From: an uncultured Acidobacteriota bacterium
GTDB lineage: Bacteria > Acidobacteriota > Thermoanaerobaculia > UBA5066 > DATFVB01
Assembly (NCBI GenBank): GCA_963813155.1
Contig: CAWEYG010000003.1
Coordinates: 160,001-224,000, forward strand
Length of the DNA: 64,000 bases
Direction of reading: 5' to 3'
The notes beneath the pieces are model-generated. The model saw only the letters and a program-made list of their open reading frames with translations, was not told the DNA's origin and searched no databases. A program made the translations under genes and the position numbers. Positions 53,466 to 64,000 of the stretch are shown here, in pieces. Numbering within the stretch: position 1 is the first letter of the stretch; each line of letters starts with the position of its first letter.

Positions 53466-54973
53466 GGGAGGCGTTCGAGGCCGAGGGAGAGGTCGAGTCG
53501 CTCGATCTCCTCGCCGCCCTGTGCGCGCTCGGGCGCGAGGGGTCGACGGGAAGGGCGATTTTCTCCCGCGGGCCGGAGCGGGTCGTCTTCGTCGTCGAGA
53601 GGGGCGTTCTCGTCGACCTCGAGTCCCCGGGCGAGTCGTCGCCTCCCGAGGTCCTGATTCGAGGCGGGAAGCTCCAGCGCGAAACCTACGAAGCCCTCAT
53701 GATCCCGTCCGGGGAAGATCGGTTCGCCGTCGCGACGGCCTCCGGAGTCGTGTCGAAAAAGGAGGCGGCCTGGGGCCGCAAGATCTCCGCGATCGAGTCG
53801 CTCGCCAGCCTGCTTTCGTGGACCGACGGGTACTACGTTTTCGAGCCGCTCGCGCCCGAAATCTCGACCGGGTTCCGGCTGCCGATCGACAAGTGGATCC
53901 TCGAGCTTTTTCTCCGCTCGAACGACCGCGCGCTCGTCATGTCGCGCGTCGGGCCGACGGATCTCCCGCTGCTCAAGGCGGAATCCTTCGCGCCCGCGTT
54001 CGCGGCGCTCGGTCTCACGGCGGACGCGGACGCGGTCGCGTCGTTGATTGACGGCGAGCGCAGCGTCGAGGAAATCGTTCGCAAGTCCCGGGCGGACGAG
54101 TTTGCGGTGCTCAAGCTCCTCGCCGCGCTGATCTCGCTGCGCCTCGTCCGGCCCTCCTACGAGGCGCCCTTTCCCGAACCCGCGGAGGCGGCGCCGCCTC
54201 CGGCCGAAGAAGCGCCGGATCTTCCCGAGGAGTCCGTTGCCGAGCCGCCGAGTTCGGACCCGTTCGCGGAAATCGGAGAGGCGCCGGCCGCGGCCGAGCC
54301 AATCTCGATCCCCCTCTTTGCCCTCACCGCGCCGGAGGCGCCGATTTCCGCCGAGCCGTCGAGCGAGCCATTGGTTCTCGACCCGCCGGCGCGACCTCGG
54401 GGCCGCACCCGGCTCTGGCTTGCGCTGCTGTTCGCGGTCTTCGCGGCCGCGCTGTTCTGGAAGCTTCGCGCACGGGGACCGGCGGCTGTCCGGCCCATGC
54501 CACCCCCGAAAGCCGAGCAAAGGGCTCCCGCCCCGGCGCCGGCCTCTGCCCCCGCACCGCCGGACAGTCGAAAGTCGATCGTGGCGGTCACACCGCAACC
54601 GCTCCCCGCTCCGAAAGCGCCGCCCGAAGCGAGCGCGCGGCGACCGGCCGCCCCGTGGAAGCGCACGCTGGCCGCGAGCCGGCGAGCGTTCGAACATCCG
54701 GGAGGTTTCGCCTACGCGATCCAACTCGAGCTCGCCTGCGAGGAATCGACCGTGACGAAGGCCGTTCACGCCGACCCGTCCGGCCGCCAGATCTGGATCG
54801 TTCCTTACGACTTTCGGGGGCGAAGTTGCTACCGGGTTCTCTGGGGCAGGTACAAGACCCTTCCGAAGGCCAGGGACGCGAAGACCTCGGTGCCGGCGAT
54901 GTTTCTCCGGGGGGGCAACCGCCCGGCCGTGATCGCGCTGGCCGGCGCGGGGACTACGGAGGGCTCCCGATGA
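53462..54973 (+). CDS. DUF4388-like N-terminus, TM helix and SPOR-like C-terminus
   Basis: STGRAIFS...SWTDGYYVFE; YAIQLELAC...YRVLWGRY. Confidence 0.65.
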   Translation: MREAFEAEGEVESLDLLAALCALGREGSTGRAIFSRGPERVVFVVERGVLVDLESPGESSPPEVLIRGGKLQRETYEALMIPSGEDRFAVATASGVVSKKEAAWGRKISAIESLASLLSWTDGYYVFEPLAPEISTGFRLPIDKWILELFLRSNDRALVMSRVGPTDLPLLKAESFAPAFAALGLTADADAVASLIDGERSVEEIVRKSRADEFAVLKLLAALISLRLVRPSYEAPFPEPAEAAPPPAEEAPDLPEESVAEPPSSDPFAEIGEAPAAAEPISIPLFALTAPEAPISAEPSSEPLVLDPPARPRGRTRLWLALLFAVFAAALFWKLRARGPAAVRPMPPPKAEQRAPAPAPASAPAPPDSRKSIVAVTPQPLPAPKAPPEASARRPAAPWKRTLAASRRAFEHPGGFAYAIQLELACEESTVTKAVHADPSGRQIWIVPYDFRGRSCYRVLWGRYKTLPKARDAKTSVPAMFLRGGNRPAVIALAGAGTTEGSR

Positions 54974-56235
54974 GCGGGATGTCCGCGGCGGCCGGATCGG
55001 CCGGCAACCTCCGGGACCTTCCGCTTCCGGAGGTCTTGAAATCGATTCTCGCGAGCCGCGGGACGGGAACGCTGAGGATGAGCCGGCCGGGCGAGGAAAT
55101 TCGACTCTTTTTCGAATCGGGAGAGTTGCGAACGGCGATCTCGACCGCCGAAGGGCGCCGGCTCGGCGATTCCCTTCTGAGGGACGGAATCATTTCCGAG
55201 GAGGCGATGGACGCCGCGATCCGCGATTTTTCGTCCGAGGGCCACGGCCGTCTCGGAAAGCATCTCGTCGACAGCGGGCGGATCACGGAAGAGGCCCTCG
55301 AATCGGGGACGAGAAAACATTTCGAGGAAATCGCCCTGTCCGCGTTTTCGTGGCCCGAGGGCGACTTCGAGTTTCGCGTTTCCGGCGGCCGGCTCGATCC
55401 CATCGTCGCGTTTCCTCTCTCGCTTCCCGCCGTGTTGATGGTCGGAATCCGAAGGATCCCGGAGAGCGAGAAATTCGTCGAGCTGCTCGGGGACCTCGAC
55501 CGCTACGCGGCCGCGGTGGCGGCCTCCTTCGAGCACTACGAGGCGCTCCGCCTCGAGCCCGGAGAGGCCTATCTTCTTTCTCTCTGCGATGGAAAGACGA
55601 AAATCCGGTCGATCCTGCAGCTGTCGCCCTCGCGCCTCGCGGCGGCGAGGACGCTCTACGCGCTCGAATTCACGGGCCTCGTCGCGATGCTCGACGAGCC
55701 GGCACGCGCGGCCGAGACCGCGGAGCCGCGCGCCTCCGCGGTCTGGTCGGAGAGCGCGGCGCCGGACCTGGACGCCCGCGCCCGCGTGGCCCGCGGCGAC
55801 TACCTGGAGGCGAGGCGGCTGCTGGAGCGAAAGGACTTTTACGGCGCGATCGTTCTCCTTCGCGAGTGCGTTCGCCTGGCTCCGGAGAACTCCGAGTACC
55901 ACTTTCGGCTCGCGCGCGCGCTCGCGAAGAACGCGAGCTGGCGAACGAAGGCCGCCGAGCACTACAAAGTGGCCTTCAACCTCGATCCCTTTCGGGAGGA
56001 GCTCATGCACGATTATGCGGAGTTTCTCGAGGAGGAAGGGGATTGTCGGGCGGCGCAGACGATCGTCCGACGTCTCGTTCAGAAATATCCGGAGGACCCG
56101 CGCCATCGCGACCTGCTCGCGAAATGTGACGAGGCGGTGCGGGTCCGGGACGGAGATCCGGCGGGCGATGCGGGGGCGGGGGATTCGGAGAAGAGATCCC
56201 TGTTCTCCCGCCTCTGGGGCCGGCGCTCGCCCTAG
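54970..56235 (+). CDS. DUF4388 plus TPR protein
   Basis: GNLRDLPLPEVL...GTGTL...FSWPEGDFEF; C-terminal TPRs. Confidence 0.8.
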   Translation: MSGMSAAAGSAGNLRDLPLPEVLKSILASRGTGTLRMSRPGEEIRLFFESGELRTAISTAEGRRLGDSLLRDGIISEEAMDAAIRDFSSEGHGRLGKHLVDSGRITEEALESGTRKHFEEIALSAFSWPEGDFEFRVSGGRLDPIVAFPLSLPAVLMVGIRRIPESEKFVELLGDLDRYAAAVAASFEHYEALRLEPGEAYLLSLCDGKTKIRSILQLSPSRLAAARTLYALEFTGLVAMLDEPARAAETAEPRASAVWSESAAPDLDARARVARGDYLEARRLLERKDFYGAIVLLRECVRLAPENSEYHFRLARALAKNASWRTKAAEHYKVAFNLDPFREELMHDYAEFLEEEGDCRAAQTIVRRLVQKYPEDPRHRDLLAKCDEAVRVRDGDPAGDAGAGDSEKRSLFSRLWGRRSP

Positions 56236-56237
56236 CG

Positions 56238-56861
56238 ATGCCGATGGAAGCGGGTCTGGCGACGGCGCTCGGTCTCGCGATGGCCGCGGGGTTCAACGCC
56301 TGGGCGGCCGTCCTGGTCTTCGGCGGCTGCGCGCGGCTCTTTCCGTCGCTCCTGTGGGGACCGGCGGCGGACGTGTTTCGGTCCGGTCCGATTCTGACGA
56401 TCGCGCTGTTTCTCTTTGTCGCCGAGTTCCTCGCGGACAAGATTCCGCTGCTGGACCATTTCTGGAATTTTGCGCACACCTTTCTGCGGCCGGCCGCGGG
56501 CGCCGGCCTCGCTCTCGCGTGCGTGCCCGCGGAATCCCCGCTCGCGAAGATCGGGGTGGCGCTGCTCGGGGCGCTCGTGACCCTCGTCGCGCACATGGCG
56601 AAGGCCACCTCGCGCCTGACGTCGACGGCCGCGGTCTCCGGCCTTCGCCAGTTCAGCATCTCCATCGCGGAGGACGTCATCGCCGTTTCGATCGCGGCCG
56701 TCGCGATTTTCTCGCCGACGATCTCTCTCGCCGTCCTCTTCGGGGTGGTGATTCTGATGTGGATCCTCTTCTCGCGCGTCCGGCACGCGGCCGCGATTCT
56801 CTTCTTCGCCGCGGCGCATCCGCGGCGCGCCTTTCGACGCAAGCCGGAGACAGCCGACTGA
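56238..56861 (+). CDS. DUF4126 membrane protein
   Basis: AAGFNAWA, EFLADKIP, SIAED. Confidence 0.85.
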   Translation: MPMEAGLATALGLAMAAGFNAWAAVLVFGGCARLFPSLLWGPAADVFRSGPILTIALFLFVAEFLADKIPLLDHFWNFAHTFLRPAAGAGLALACVPAESPLAKIGVALLGALVTLVAHMAKATSRLTSTAAVSGLRQFSISIAEDVIAVSIAAVAIFSPTISLAVLFGVVILMWILFSRVRHAAAILFFAAAHPRRAFRRKPETAD

Positions 56862-57313
56862 TGCCCTACCTGGTCGACGGCAACAACCTCCTCGGTCTCG
56901 TGACGGGGAAATCGCGCCCGTCGGAGCAGGAGCGGCGGGACCTCCTTCGCCGGATCGCGGACCGCCTTCGGGCGGAACGCGGGCGGGTGCTCGTGGTTTT
57001 CGACGGGCCTTCCGAGAGCGGACGGAGCGAGTCGGCCCTCGGGACCCTCACGGTGCGGTATTCCGGCAACCGTTCCGCCGACGACGTGATCGTCGAAGCG
57101 GCCTCGCGGTCGCGGGCGCCGGCGGACCATTTCGTCGTGACGGACGACCGCGGCCTCGCGGCGCGGGCCCGCGAGGCAGGGGCCCGGACGCTTCCGGCGG
57201 CGACGTTCATGGATCGGATTTCGCGCTCGTCGACCTCGGAGGGGAAGCGCGACACCGTCGACGTGGCGGACTGGGTCGATTTTTTTTCCGACGATCGAAA
57301 CCGGCTTCCGTGA
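56861..57313 (+). CDS. YacP-like NYN domain RNase
   Basis: YLVDGNN, VVFDG, SADDVI, VVTDDR. Confidence 0.85.
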   Translation: MPYLVDGNNLLGLVTGKSRPSEQERRDLLRRIADRLRAERGRVLVVFDGPSESGRSESALGTLTVRYSGNRSADDVIVEAASRSRAPADHFVVTDDRGLAARAREAGARTLPAATFMDRISRSSTSEGKRDTVDVADWVDFFSDDRNRLP

Positions 57314-57334
57314 ACGTTCTGTTACACTCCTCGC

Positions 57335-57718
<384 letters not shown>

Positions 57719-57720
57719 CT

Positions 57721-58632
57721 TTGAAGCCCCCGCGGCTGCGACCCGGGGCCGCGATCGGCGTCGCCGCCCTTTCCGGCCGGGTCGACCCGGAAAAGCTCGG
57801 CCGCGGCGTCGCCTACCTGCGCTCGCGCGGGTACGCGGTCGTCGAGGCGAACAACGTCCGCGCGGCGGACGGCGATTTTGCGGGAGACGACCGCGAACGC
57901 GCGGAAGGCTACCGGCGGTTGTTGCGCGATCCGGGCATCGCCGCGATTTTCTTCGCGCGCGGCGGATGGGGGGCGGCGCGGACGCTGGCCCATCTCGATG
58001 CCGCGGAGATCGCCGCGAATCCCAAGATCCACCTGGGCGGCTCGGACCTCGCGTCCCTGTTCTCGTTCGTCCGCCGGCGCACCGGCTTGGTCTGCTTCCA
58101 CGGCCCGATGGTCGCCGTCGATTTCGCGGCCGTCCCTCCCGATCCCGAAACGGCGCGGTCGTGGGAGGCGCAGCTCGGGGGCGAGGCGCCCGAGTTTCCG
58201 ATCGACCCCGCGGAAGTCGTTCGCCCCGGCGCCGGCGCCGGGCCGCTCGCCGGCGGCTGCCTTTCGATCCTCGCCTCGATCGAGGGGACTCCGGAATCCC
58301 TCGACACGCGCGGCACAATCCTCTTCTGGGAGGACGTCCGGGAGGAAATCTACCGCCTCGACCGGATGCTGACGCAGCTTCGGAGGGCGGGGAAGCTCGA
58401 GGGCCTCGCCGGCGTTATAATCGGCATGTTGGAAGACATTCGTCATAACGGCAGGCCGGACGAGGAGCGCCTCTCCTCGCTCTTGCGCGACCACTTCGGC
58501 GACGCGCCCTATCCCGTCTTGCGCAACTGGCCCTCCGGGCATGGTGTGCGCAACCGGACGCTGCCGCTCGGAGCCCGCGTGTCCCTCGATACCGGCCTCG
58601 GCGTCGTGCGGTTCGAGCCGGGGGTCGAATGA
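57721..58632 (+). CDS. LD-carboxypeptidase (S66)
   Basis: ARGGWG, GGSD, HGPM, ILFWED, GHG. Confidence 0.92.
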   Translation: MKPPRLRPGAAIGVAALSGRVDPEKLGRGVAYLRSRGYAVVEANNVRAADGDFAGDDRERAEGYRRLLRDPGIAAIFFARGGWGAARTLAHLDAAEIAANPKIHLGGSDLASLFSFVRRRTGLVCFHGPMVAVDFAAVPPDPETARSWEAQLGGEAPEFPIDPAEVVRPGAGAGPLAGGCLSILASIEGTPESLDTRGTILFWEDVREEIYRLDRMLTQLRRAGKLEGLAGVIIGMLEDIRHNGRPDEERLSSLLRDHFGDAPYPVLRNWPSGHGVRNRTLPLGARVSLDTGLGVVRFEPGVE

Positions 58633-59414
58633 AGGCGGTCTTCAAATCCGGAACGGGCAAGGGCGCGTCCGAGCAGTTCCTCGTGACGTACCTGATGGGC
58701 GACATCATCTTCTCCGAGGGAGACCTCGGCACGGAGATGTTCATCGTGCAATCGGGGATCGTCGAGATCTTCAAGAAGATCGGCGGCCGCCAGAAAGTCA
58801 TCTCGACGCTGGAGAAGGGGGACTTCTTCGGCGAGATGTCGGTTCTCGAGGACGTCTCGCGCACCGCGTCGGCGCGCGCGAAGACCGACGTCGAGCTCGT
58901 GAGGATCAACCAGACGACGTTCGACCAGATGATCAAGAGGGACACCGAAATTGCCGTCCGGATGCTGCGCAAATTTTCGCGCCGGCTTCGGGAAACGACG
59001 GAGCTTCTCGAGGAGGCGCTCGGCCGCAAGGTCGACTCGGTGGACTCGCCGTCGGGCGCGCATCCGGTCGAGCGCGACGAGCACGAGGTCTACCGGCTCG
59101 TCTCCCCGGACGGAAAGACCGAGTTCTTCCTCAACCGGGGCGGCGAAACGGTGATCGGGCGCGCGGACCCGGTCACCGGAATCAATCCGGACGTCGATTT
59201 GACGTCGCTCGACACTCAGCGCTCGACGTCGCGGAGCCACGCGAAGATCTCCCAGACGGACGACACTTTTCACCTGGTCGAGGAGATCGGCGTCATGAAC
59301 GGGACCTACGTCAACGATCGGCGGCTCGCGACCGGCACCCCGACCGCGATCAAAGACGGCGACATCCTGAAGTTCGGCCTGATCGCTCTCATCTTTCGGA
59401 TCACCAAGAATTAG
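58629..59414 (+). CDS. cNMP-binding plus FHA domain protein
   Basis: GDFFGEMS...RTASARA; IGR...SRSHA...MNGTYVN. Confidence 0.9.
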   Translation: MKAVFKSGTGKGASEQFLVTYLMGDIIFSEGDLGTEMFIVQSGIVEIFKKIGGRQKVISTLEKGDFFGEMSVLEDVSRTASARAKTDVELVRINQTTFDQMIKRDTEIAVRMLRKFSRRLRETTELLEEALGRKVDSVDSPSGAHPVERDEHEVYRLVSPDGKTEFFLNRGGETVIGRADPVTGINPDVDLTSLDTQRSTSRSHAKISQTDDTFHLVEEIGVMNGTYVNDRRLATGTPTAIKDGDILKFGLIALIFRITKN

Positions 59415-59514
59415 CGGATCTCCAGGGATTCACCCGCCCCTTCGACTCTCCGATTCGCTGCTGGAAGAATCGGCCATCGCCCCGTCGTCCCGCCGCAAGC
59501 TTGCGGCCGCCGGC

Positions 59515-61494
59515 ATGGAGACGGCCGCCGACCTCTTGCTCCACCTGCCGTTCCGGTACGAGGACCGGTCCGCCTTCGCTCGGATCGCCGACCTGCACGA
59601 GGGGCGGCCCGCGACCGTCTCCGCTCGCGTCGTGGACGCGCGCCTCGTTCGAACGCGGAGGCGCGGATTCACGATCCTCCGGGCCGTCGTCGAGGACGAG
59701 AGCGGGTCGATTCGCGTCACCTGGTTCAACCGGGCTTACCTCGCGCGCGCGCTGACGGCCGGAAGGCGGATCGTGCTGTACGGCGCTCCGGAAGCCGAGA
59801 AGTCCGCCCTCGTTCTGAAGAACCCGGAACACGAGATCCTGGACGAAGAAGGAGAGGATCCCGTTCACCTGGGCCGCGTCGTCGGGATCTACCGTCGGAT
59901 CGGCGAGCTCTCCGGAAAATGGGCCCGGGGGACGATCGCGGGGCTTCTCGGCCGCCTGGACGCGGCACCCAGGTCCGCCTCGAACGCGGCGGAGCTGCTG
60001 CAAGCCCTGCGGGACGTTCACTTTCCGCCGGGACCCGACTTCGAAGCGGCCGCGGGCCGGGCCCGGCGGGCGATCGCCTGGGAGGAACTGCTCGCGTTTT
60101 CGGAGCTCGTGGAGGAGCGCCGGGAGCGGCGTCGCGCAGTCTCCGTGCGGGCATGGTCCTGGTCGCCGGAGACGGCTCGCCGGCTCGTCGACCTGTTGCC
60201 CTTTCCGCTGACGAACGCGCAGAAAAAAGCGGCCTCGGAAATCGCCGCCGACCTTCGCAGCGGCTCGCCGATGGCCCGGCTACTGCAGGGGGACGTCGGG
60301 AGCGGCAAGACCGCGGTCGCGCTCCTCGCCGCCCTGCTCGCGGCCGAAAACGGGTCCCAGTCGGCGCTCATGGCGCCGACGGAGATCCTCGCGGAGCAGC
60401 ACGCCGAGACGTTCGCCCGCTGGCTCGGGGGAAGCCGCTACCGTCTCGCTCTCCTGACGGGGCGAACTCCGGAGCGCGCGCGTCGGCCCCTCCGCGCGGC
60501 CCTGCGAGCCGGGGAGATCGACCTTCTCGTCGGGACCCACACGCTGATCGAAAAACCCGTCGAGTTCCGGGATCTCGGGCTCGCGATCATCGACGAGCAG
60601 CACCGTTTCGGCGTCGTGCACCGGGCGCGGCTCTCCCGAAAGGGGCAGAAACCGCACGTTCTCGTCCTCTCGGCCACGCCGATTCCCCGTTCGCTCGCCT
60701 GGACCGTCTTCGGAGACCTCGACGTCTCCCGCATCGATGAAAAACCCCCGGGCCGGGGAAGGCTCCGGACGTACCTGCGCGGACCGGAGCGAAAGCCGCA
60801 GGTCCATCGATTTCTGGCCGAACGGCTCGCCGAAGGAGAGCGCGCGTACGTCGTCGTTCCCGCGATCGAGGATTCCGGCTCCGAGGTCGCCGCCGTGGAG
60901 GCCACCCACCGGGAAATCGCGGCATCGGTGCCCGAAGCGCGCATCGAGGACCTCCACGGAAAGCTCCCCGCGCCGAAGCGCCAGGGCGCGATCGCGGCAT
61001 TCGCCTCGGGCTCCGCGAACGTGCTCGTCGCGACGACCGTCGTGGAAGTCGGCATCGACGTGCCGGAGGCCACCGTCATGCTCGTGGAGAACGCGGACCG
61101 GTTCGGGCTCGCGCAGCTGCACCAGCTCCGCGGCCGGATCGGCAGGGGAGAACGAACGTCGCATTGCATTCTGCTCTGCTCGGAGACCGCGTCCGCCGAG
61201 GCGCGGGAGAGGCTCGCGTTCCTGGAGAAGTGCTCGGACGGATTCGTCATTTCCGAAAAAGACCTCGAGCTTCGCGGGCCGGGAGACCTGCTCGGGGCCC
61301 GGCAATCGGGCGTCCCGGGCTTTCGGGTCGCCGATCCGGTCGGGGGAGTGGAAGAGCTTCGAAAGGCCCGCGAAGAGATCGCCCGCCGCCGGGCGCGGGG
61401 AGAGAAGACCGCGAGCGATCTCTTTCCGGAGAAGCGCGCTGTGATAGAAACCGGATCTACCGGGGAAACAGACAGGGAGGGGCAAGAGGGATGA
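59515..61494 (+). CDS. recG: ATP-dependent DNA helicase RecG (start may be slightly upstream)
   Basis: LPFRYEDR, LQGDVGSGKT, DEQHRFG, QLHQLRGRIGRG. Confidence 0.97.
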   Translation: METAADLLLHLPFRYEDRSAFARIADLHEGRPATVSARVVDARLVRTRRRGFTILRAVVEDESGSIRVTWFNRAYLARALTAGRRIVLYGAPEAEKSALVLKNPEHEILDEEGEDPVHLGRVVGIYRRIGELSGKWARGTIAGLLGRLDAAPRSASNAAELLQALRDVHFPPGPDFEAAAGRARRAIAWEELLAFSELVEERRERRRAVSVRAWSWSPETARRLVDLLPFPLTNAQKKAASEIAADLRSGSPMARLLQGDVGSGKTAVALLAALLAAENGSQSALMAPTEILAEQHAETFARWLGGSRYRLALLTGRTPERARRPLRAALRAGEIDLLVGTHTLIEKPVEFRDLGLAIIDEQHRFGVVHRARLSRKGQKPHVLVLSATPIPRSLAWTVFGDLDVSRIDEKPPGRGRLRTYLRGPERKPQVHRFLAERLAEGERAYVVVPAIEDSGSEVAAVEATHREIAASVPEARIEDLHGKLPAPKRQGAIAAFASGSANVLVATTVVEVGIDVPEATVMLVENADRFGLAQLHQLRGRIGRGERTSHCILLCSETASAEARERLAFLEKCSDGFVISEKDLELRGPGDLLGARQSGVPGFRVADPVGGVEELRKAREEIARRRARGEKTASDLFPEKRAVIETGSTGETDREGQEG

Positions 61495-62426
61495 GAGTCG
61501 CCGTGACCGGTGCGACCGGATTCGTCGGGGGATACGTCGTCAACGAATTGCTGCGCCGGGGGCATGCCGTTCGCGTGCTCGTGCGGGGCGACGCCGCGCG
61601 CTCCCGATTCAACCGTCCCGTGGAGTCGGCGCAGGGAGACGTCACCGACCCCGCCTCGCTCGACCCGTTCGCCTCGGGCTGCGACGCGCTCGTCCATCTC
61701 GTCGGGATCATCCACGAAAAAGGGGGACGCTCGTTCGACCAGATCCACCGGCAGGGGACGGAGAACGTCGTCGTCGCCGCGACCCGGGCGGGCGTGCGCA
61801 AATACGTTCACATGTCCGCGATGGGCGCGTCGGCCTCCGCTCCGTCGGAGTATGGCAGGTCGAAGGCGATGGGGGAGGAGGCGGTAAAGCGGTCGAAGCT
61901 CGACTGGACGATCCTGCGCCCCTCGATCGTCTTCGGGCCGGGGGACGGGTTCGTCTCGCTCTTCGCAAAGATCATCCGTCTCAACCCGGGGTTCATCCCC
62001 GTGATCGGCCCCGGGACCGTGAGGTTCATGCCGGTCTCGGTCTTCGACGTGGCCCGCCTCTTTGCCGACTCGCTCGACAAGACGGAGGCGTCCCGCAAGT
62101 CGTTCGAAGTCGGCGGCCCGGACATCTTCACGATGGACGAGATCGACCGCGAGATCGCCGCCGCGCTCGGCAAGCCGGGAAAGCCACTCGTTCACTTTCC
62201 GGTCTGGGTCGGGTCTCTTCTCGCGGCGGCGACGTCGCTCGTTCCCCGGTGGGTAATCCCGAAGCCGTTCCTGACGCGCGACCAGCTGCGCTCCCTCTCC
62301 CAGGACAACGTCGGCGACACGTCGGCGACCCTTGCGACGTTCGGTCCGATTGCGCGCGACTTCCGATCCGGAATCCGCGAGTACGTCCGGCCGAAGTCTC
62401 GCCACGATCCGACGATCGGGATCTAG
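61491..62426 (+). CDS. NAD-dependent epimerase / NDUFA9-like SDR
   Basis: TGATGFVG, YGRSK, RPSIVFG. Confidence 0.9.
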   Translation: MRVAVTGATGFVGGYVVNELLRRGHAVRVLVRGDAARSRFNRPVESAQGDVTDPASLDPFASGCDALVHLVGIIHEKGGRSFDQIHRQGTENVVVAATRAGVRKYVHMSAMGASASAPSEYGRSKAMGEEAVKRSKLDWTILRPSIVFGPGDGFVSLFAKIIRLNPGFIPVIGPGTVRFMPVSVFDVARLFADSLDKTEASRKSFEVGGPDIFTMDEIDREIAAALGKPGKPLVHFPVWVGSLLAAATSLVPRWVIPKPFLTRDQLRSLSQDNVGDTSATLATFGPIARDFRSGIREYVRPKSRHDPTIGI

Positions 62427-62482
62427 CGGGCCGCGAAACCGTCCGCCTCGACCATTCCGCCGCGATCTGCTAAATTCGATCG

Positions 62483-63166
62483 ATGTCTTTTCAAGTCGTG
62501 GAAATCGCGGTCGTCGTGGCCGTCGTGCTTTTCGCGATCTCGTTCCACGAGTCCGCGCACGCCTGGACGGCGCTCAAATTCGGGGACCCGACCGCCCGGG
62601 ACCTCGGCCGTATCTCGTTGAATCCGCTTCACCACATCGACCCCTTCGGAACGGTGCTGCTCCCCCTGATCCTGGTGCTGATGCACCAGCCGCCGTTCGG
62701 GTACGCGAAGCCGACGCCCGTCGATCTTCGCAACACGAGCAATCCGCGCCTCGCGAATTTCTGGGTGTCGGCAGCGGGACCCGGCTCGAACTTTGTCGCC
62801 ATGCTCGGCAGCGCGATCGTGCTGATCGTGATCGGAAGAAGCGCCCCCGACGCCGTCCTGGCGGCGTTCCAGGGGGCGCCGGGAACCGGTATCCTCGCCC
62901 CGATCGCGTTTATTCTGGTTCAACTCGTCCAGATCAACCTCGTTCTCGGCGTCTTCAACCTGATCCCCGTCCCTCCCATGGACGGCAGCGGGATCCTGTT
63001 CTCCGTTCTGGGACGCCGGGGGCTCGCGCTCGAGATGTTCTTTCACCGTTACTCATTCCTGATGTTCATCCTGATCATGCTGATGTTCTATGCGGGAATT
63101 TTCCAGATGATCCTGACCCCGATTCTGCGGGTCGCCATTGGACTGATCCTGCGGGGAATTTCGTGA
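62483..63166 (+). CDS. Site-2 protease (M50)
   Basis: HESAH, AAGP, FNLIPVPPMDG. Confidence 0.92.
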   Translation: MSFQVVEIAVVVAVVLFAISFHESAHAWTALKFGDPTARDLGRISLNPLHHIDPFGTVLLPLILVLMHQPPFGYAKPTPVDLRNTSNPRLANFWVSAAGPGSNFVAMLGSAIVLIVIGRSAPDAVLAAFQGAPGTGILAPIAFILVQLVQINLVLGVFNLIPVPPMDGSGILFSVLGRRGLALEMFFHRYSFLMFILIMLMFYAGIFQMILTPILRVAIGLILRGIS

Positions 63167-63951
63167 ACGAGACCGCGCCCCACGGAGGCTCCGGGCAGGA
63201 ACTTCCCCCGGTCGACATCGGGGCGTTCTCGGGCCCGCTCGATCTCCTGCTCCACCTGATCCGCATCAACGAGGTCTCGATCACCGACATCCCGATCGTC
63301 GAGATCACGCGGCAGTACACGGATTACCTCGACCTGATGAAGGAGCTGGACCTCGACGTCGCGGCCGACTACATCTACCTCGCCGCCGTCCTGGTCCACA
63401 TCAAGTCGAGGTGTCTTCTGCCCCGCGACGAGACCGCCGGCGACGCCGAAGACCCGCGCAGCGAACTCGTCGCCCGGCTGCTCGAATACGAGAAATTCAA
63501 GCGCGCGGCCGAGAGCTTCCACGAAATCGACACTCTCCGGGCGGGGCTGTGGGCTCGGCCCGAAAAACCGCCGAAGATCTCGGCGGAGGAAGGCCTCGCG
63601 ACCCTCGAGGTGTCGCTCGTCGATCTCGTCGGGTCGTTCCGCATCGCTCTCGACCGGTACCGCCTCGCCCATCCCGCGACGATCGAGCTCGAGCACCCGC
63701 GCTTCTCCCTGCGCGACAAGATGATCGAGCTGCTCGCCCGCGCGGAAGAGCGCGGCACGCTTCCGCTCCTCGAATGGCTCGGGGCGCTGCGATACCGCGC
63801 GGAAGCGATCACGACGTTTCTCGCCGCTCTCGAGCTGACGAGGCTCGGCGTTCTGCGGATCTTCCAGTCCGCGCCGTTCGCCGAAGTGCACGTCTCCCGG
63901 ACCGACATGGAATTCGACGCGGCGCGCATTCGGGACGACTACCATGACTGA
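63163..63951 (+). CDS. scpA: Segregation and condensation protein A
   Basis: FSGPLDLLLHLI, DPRSELVARLLEY, FLAALEL. Confidence 0.95.
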   Translation: MNETAPHGGSGQELPPVDIGAFSGPLDLLLHLIRINEVSITDIPIVEITRQYTDYLDLMKELDLDVAADYIYLAAVLVHIKSRCLLPRDETAGDAEDPRSELVARLLEYEKFKRAAESFHEIDTLRAGLWARPEKPPKISAEEGLATLEVSLVDLVGSFRIALDRYRLAHPATIELEHPRFSLRDKMIELLARAEERGTLPLLEWLGALRYRAEAITTFLAALELTRLGVLRIFQSAPFAEVHVSRTDMEFDAARIRDDYHD

Positions 63952-64000
63952 CGCTCGCTCCCGGCTCGGCGCCGCGATCGAGGCGATCCTGTTCGCCTCG
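63944..64000 (+). CDS. scpB: ScpB N-terminus (partial)
   Basis: MTDARSRLGAAIEAILFAS directly after scpA. Confidence 0.8.
   Translation, partial: MTDARSRLGAAIEAILFAS

Overview
GC-rich bacterial chromosome segment. Gene content and style (PKD/BNR secreted proteins, DUF4388-type proteins, pilT-recX-alaS order) suggest Acidobacteriota, which is an inference. Most of 27.7-64 kb is housekeeping: bactofilin, an aldehyde dehydrogenase, ald, rluD, lgt, lspA, ileS, acpS, thiE, rsmE, ilvE, pilT, recX, mazEF, alaS, uvrB, uvrC, rnpB, recG and scpA/scpB. Single-base frameshifts in essential genes point to indel errors in the assembly. The main accessory region is about 13.2-27.5 kb. A tRNA-Gly(CCC) at 21847-21921 has its 3' 52 bp repeated exactly at 27442-27493. 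These copies bracket a 5.5 kb island with no integrase, whose cargo is a co-oriented array of short genes separated by about nine full or half attC-like hairpins. Several eroded attC sites are read in frame and fuse neighbouring cassettes. A diverged copy of the tRNA 3' end plus about 240 bp of the island's left arm lies inverted at 16923-17178. A 95 bp direct repeat of a VOC/PhnB-type gene tail brackets 13188-17724. Upstream of this is a membrane protein / DxDD-motif cyclase-like / UbiA cluster.
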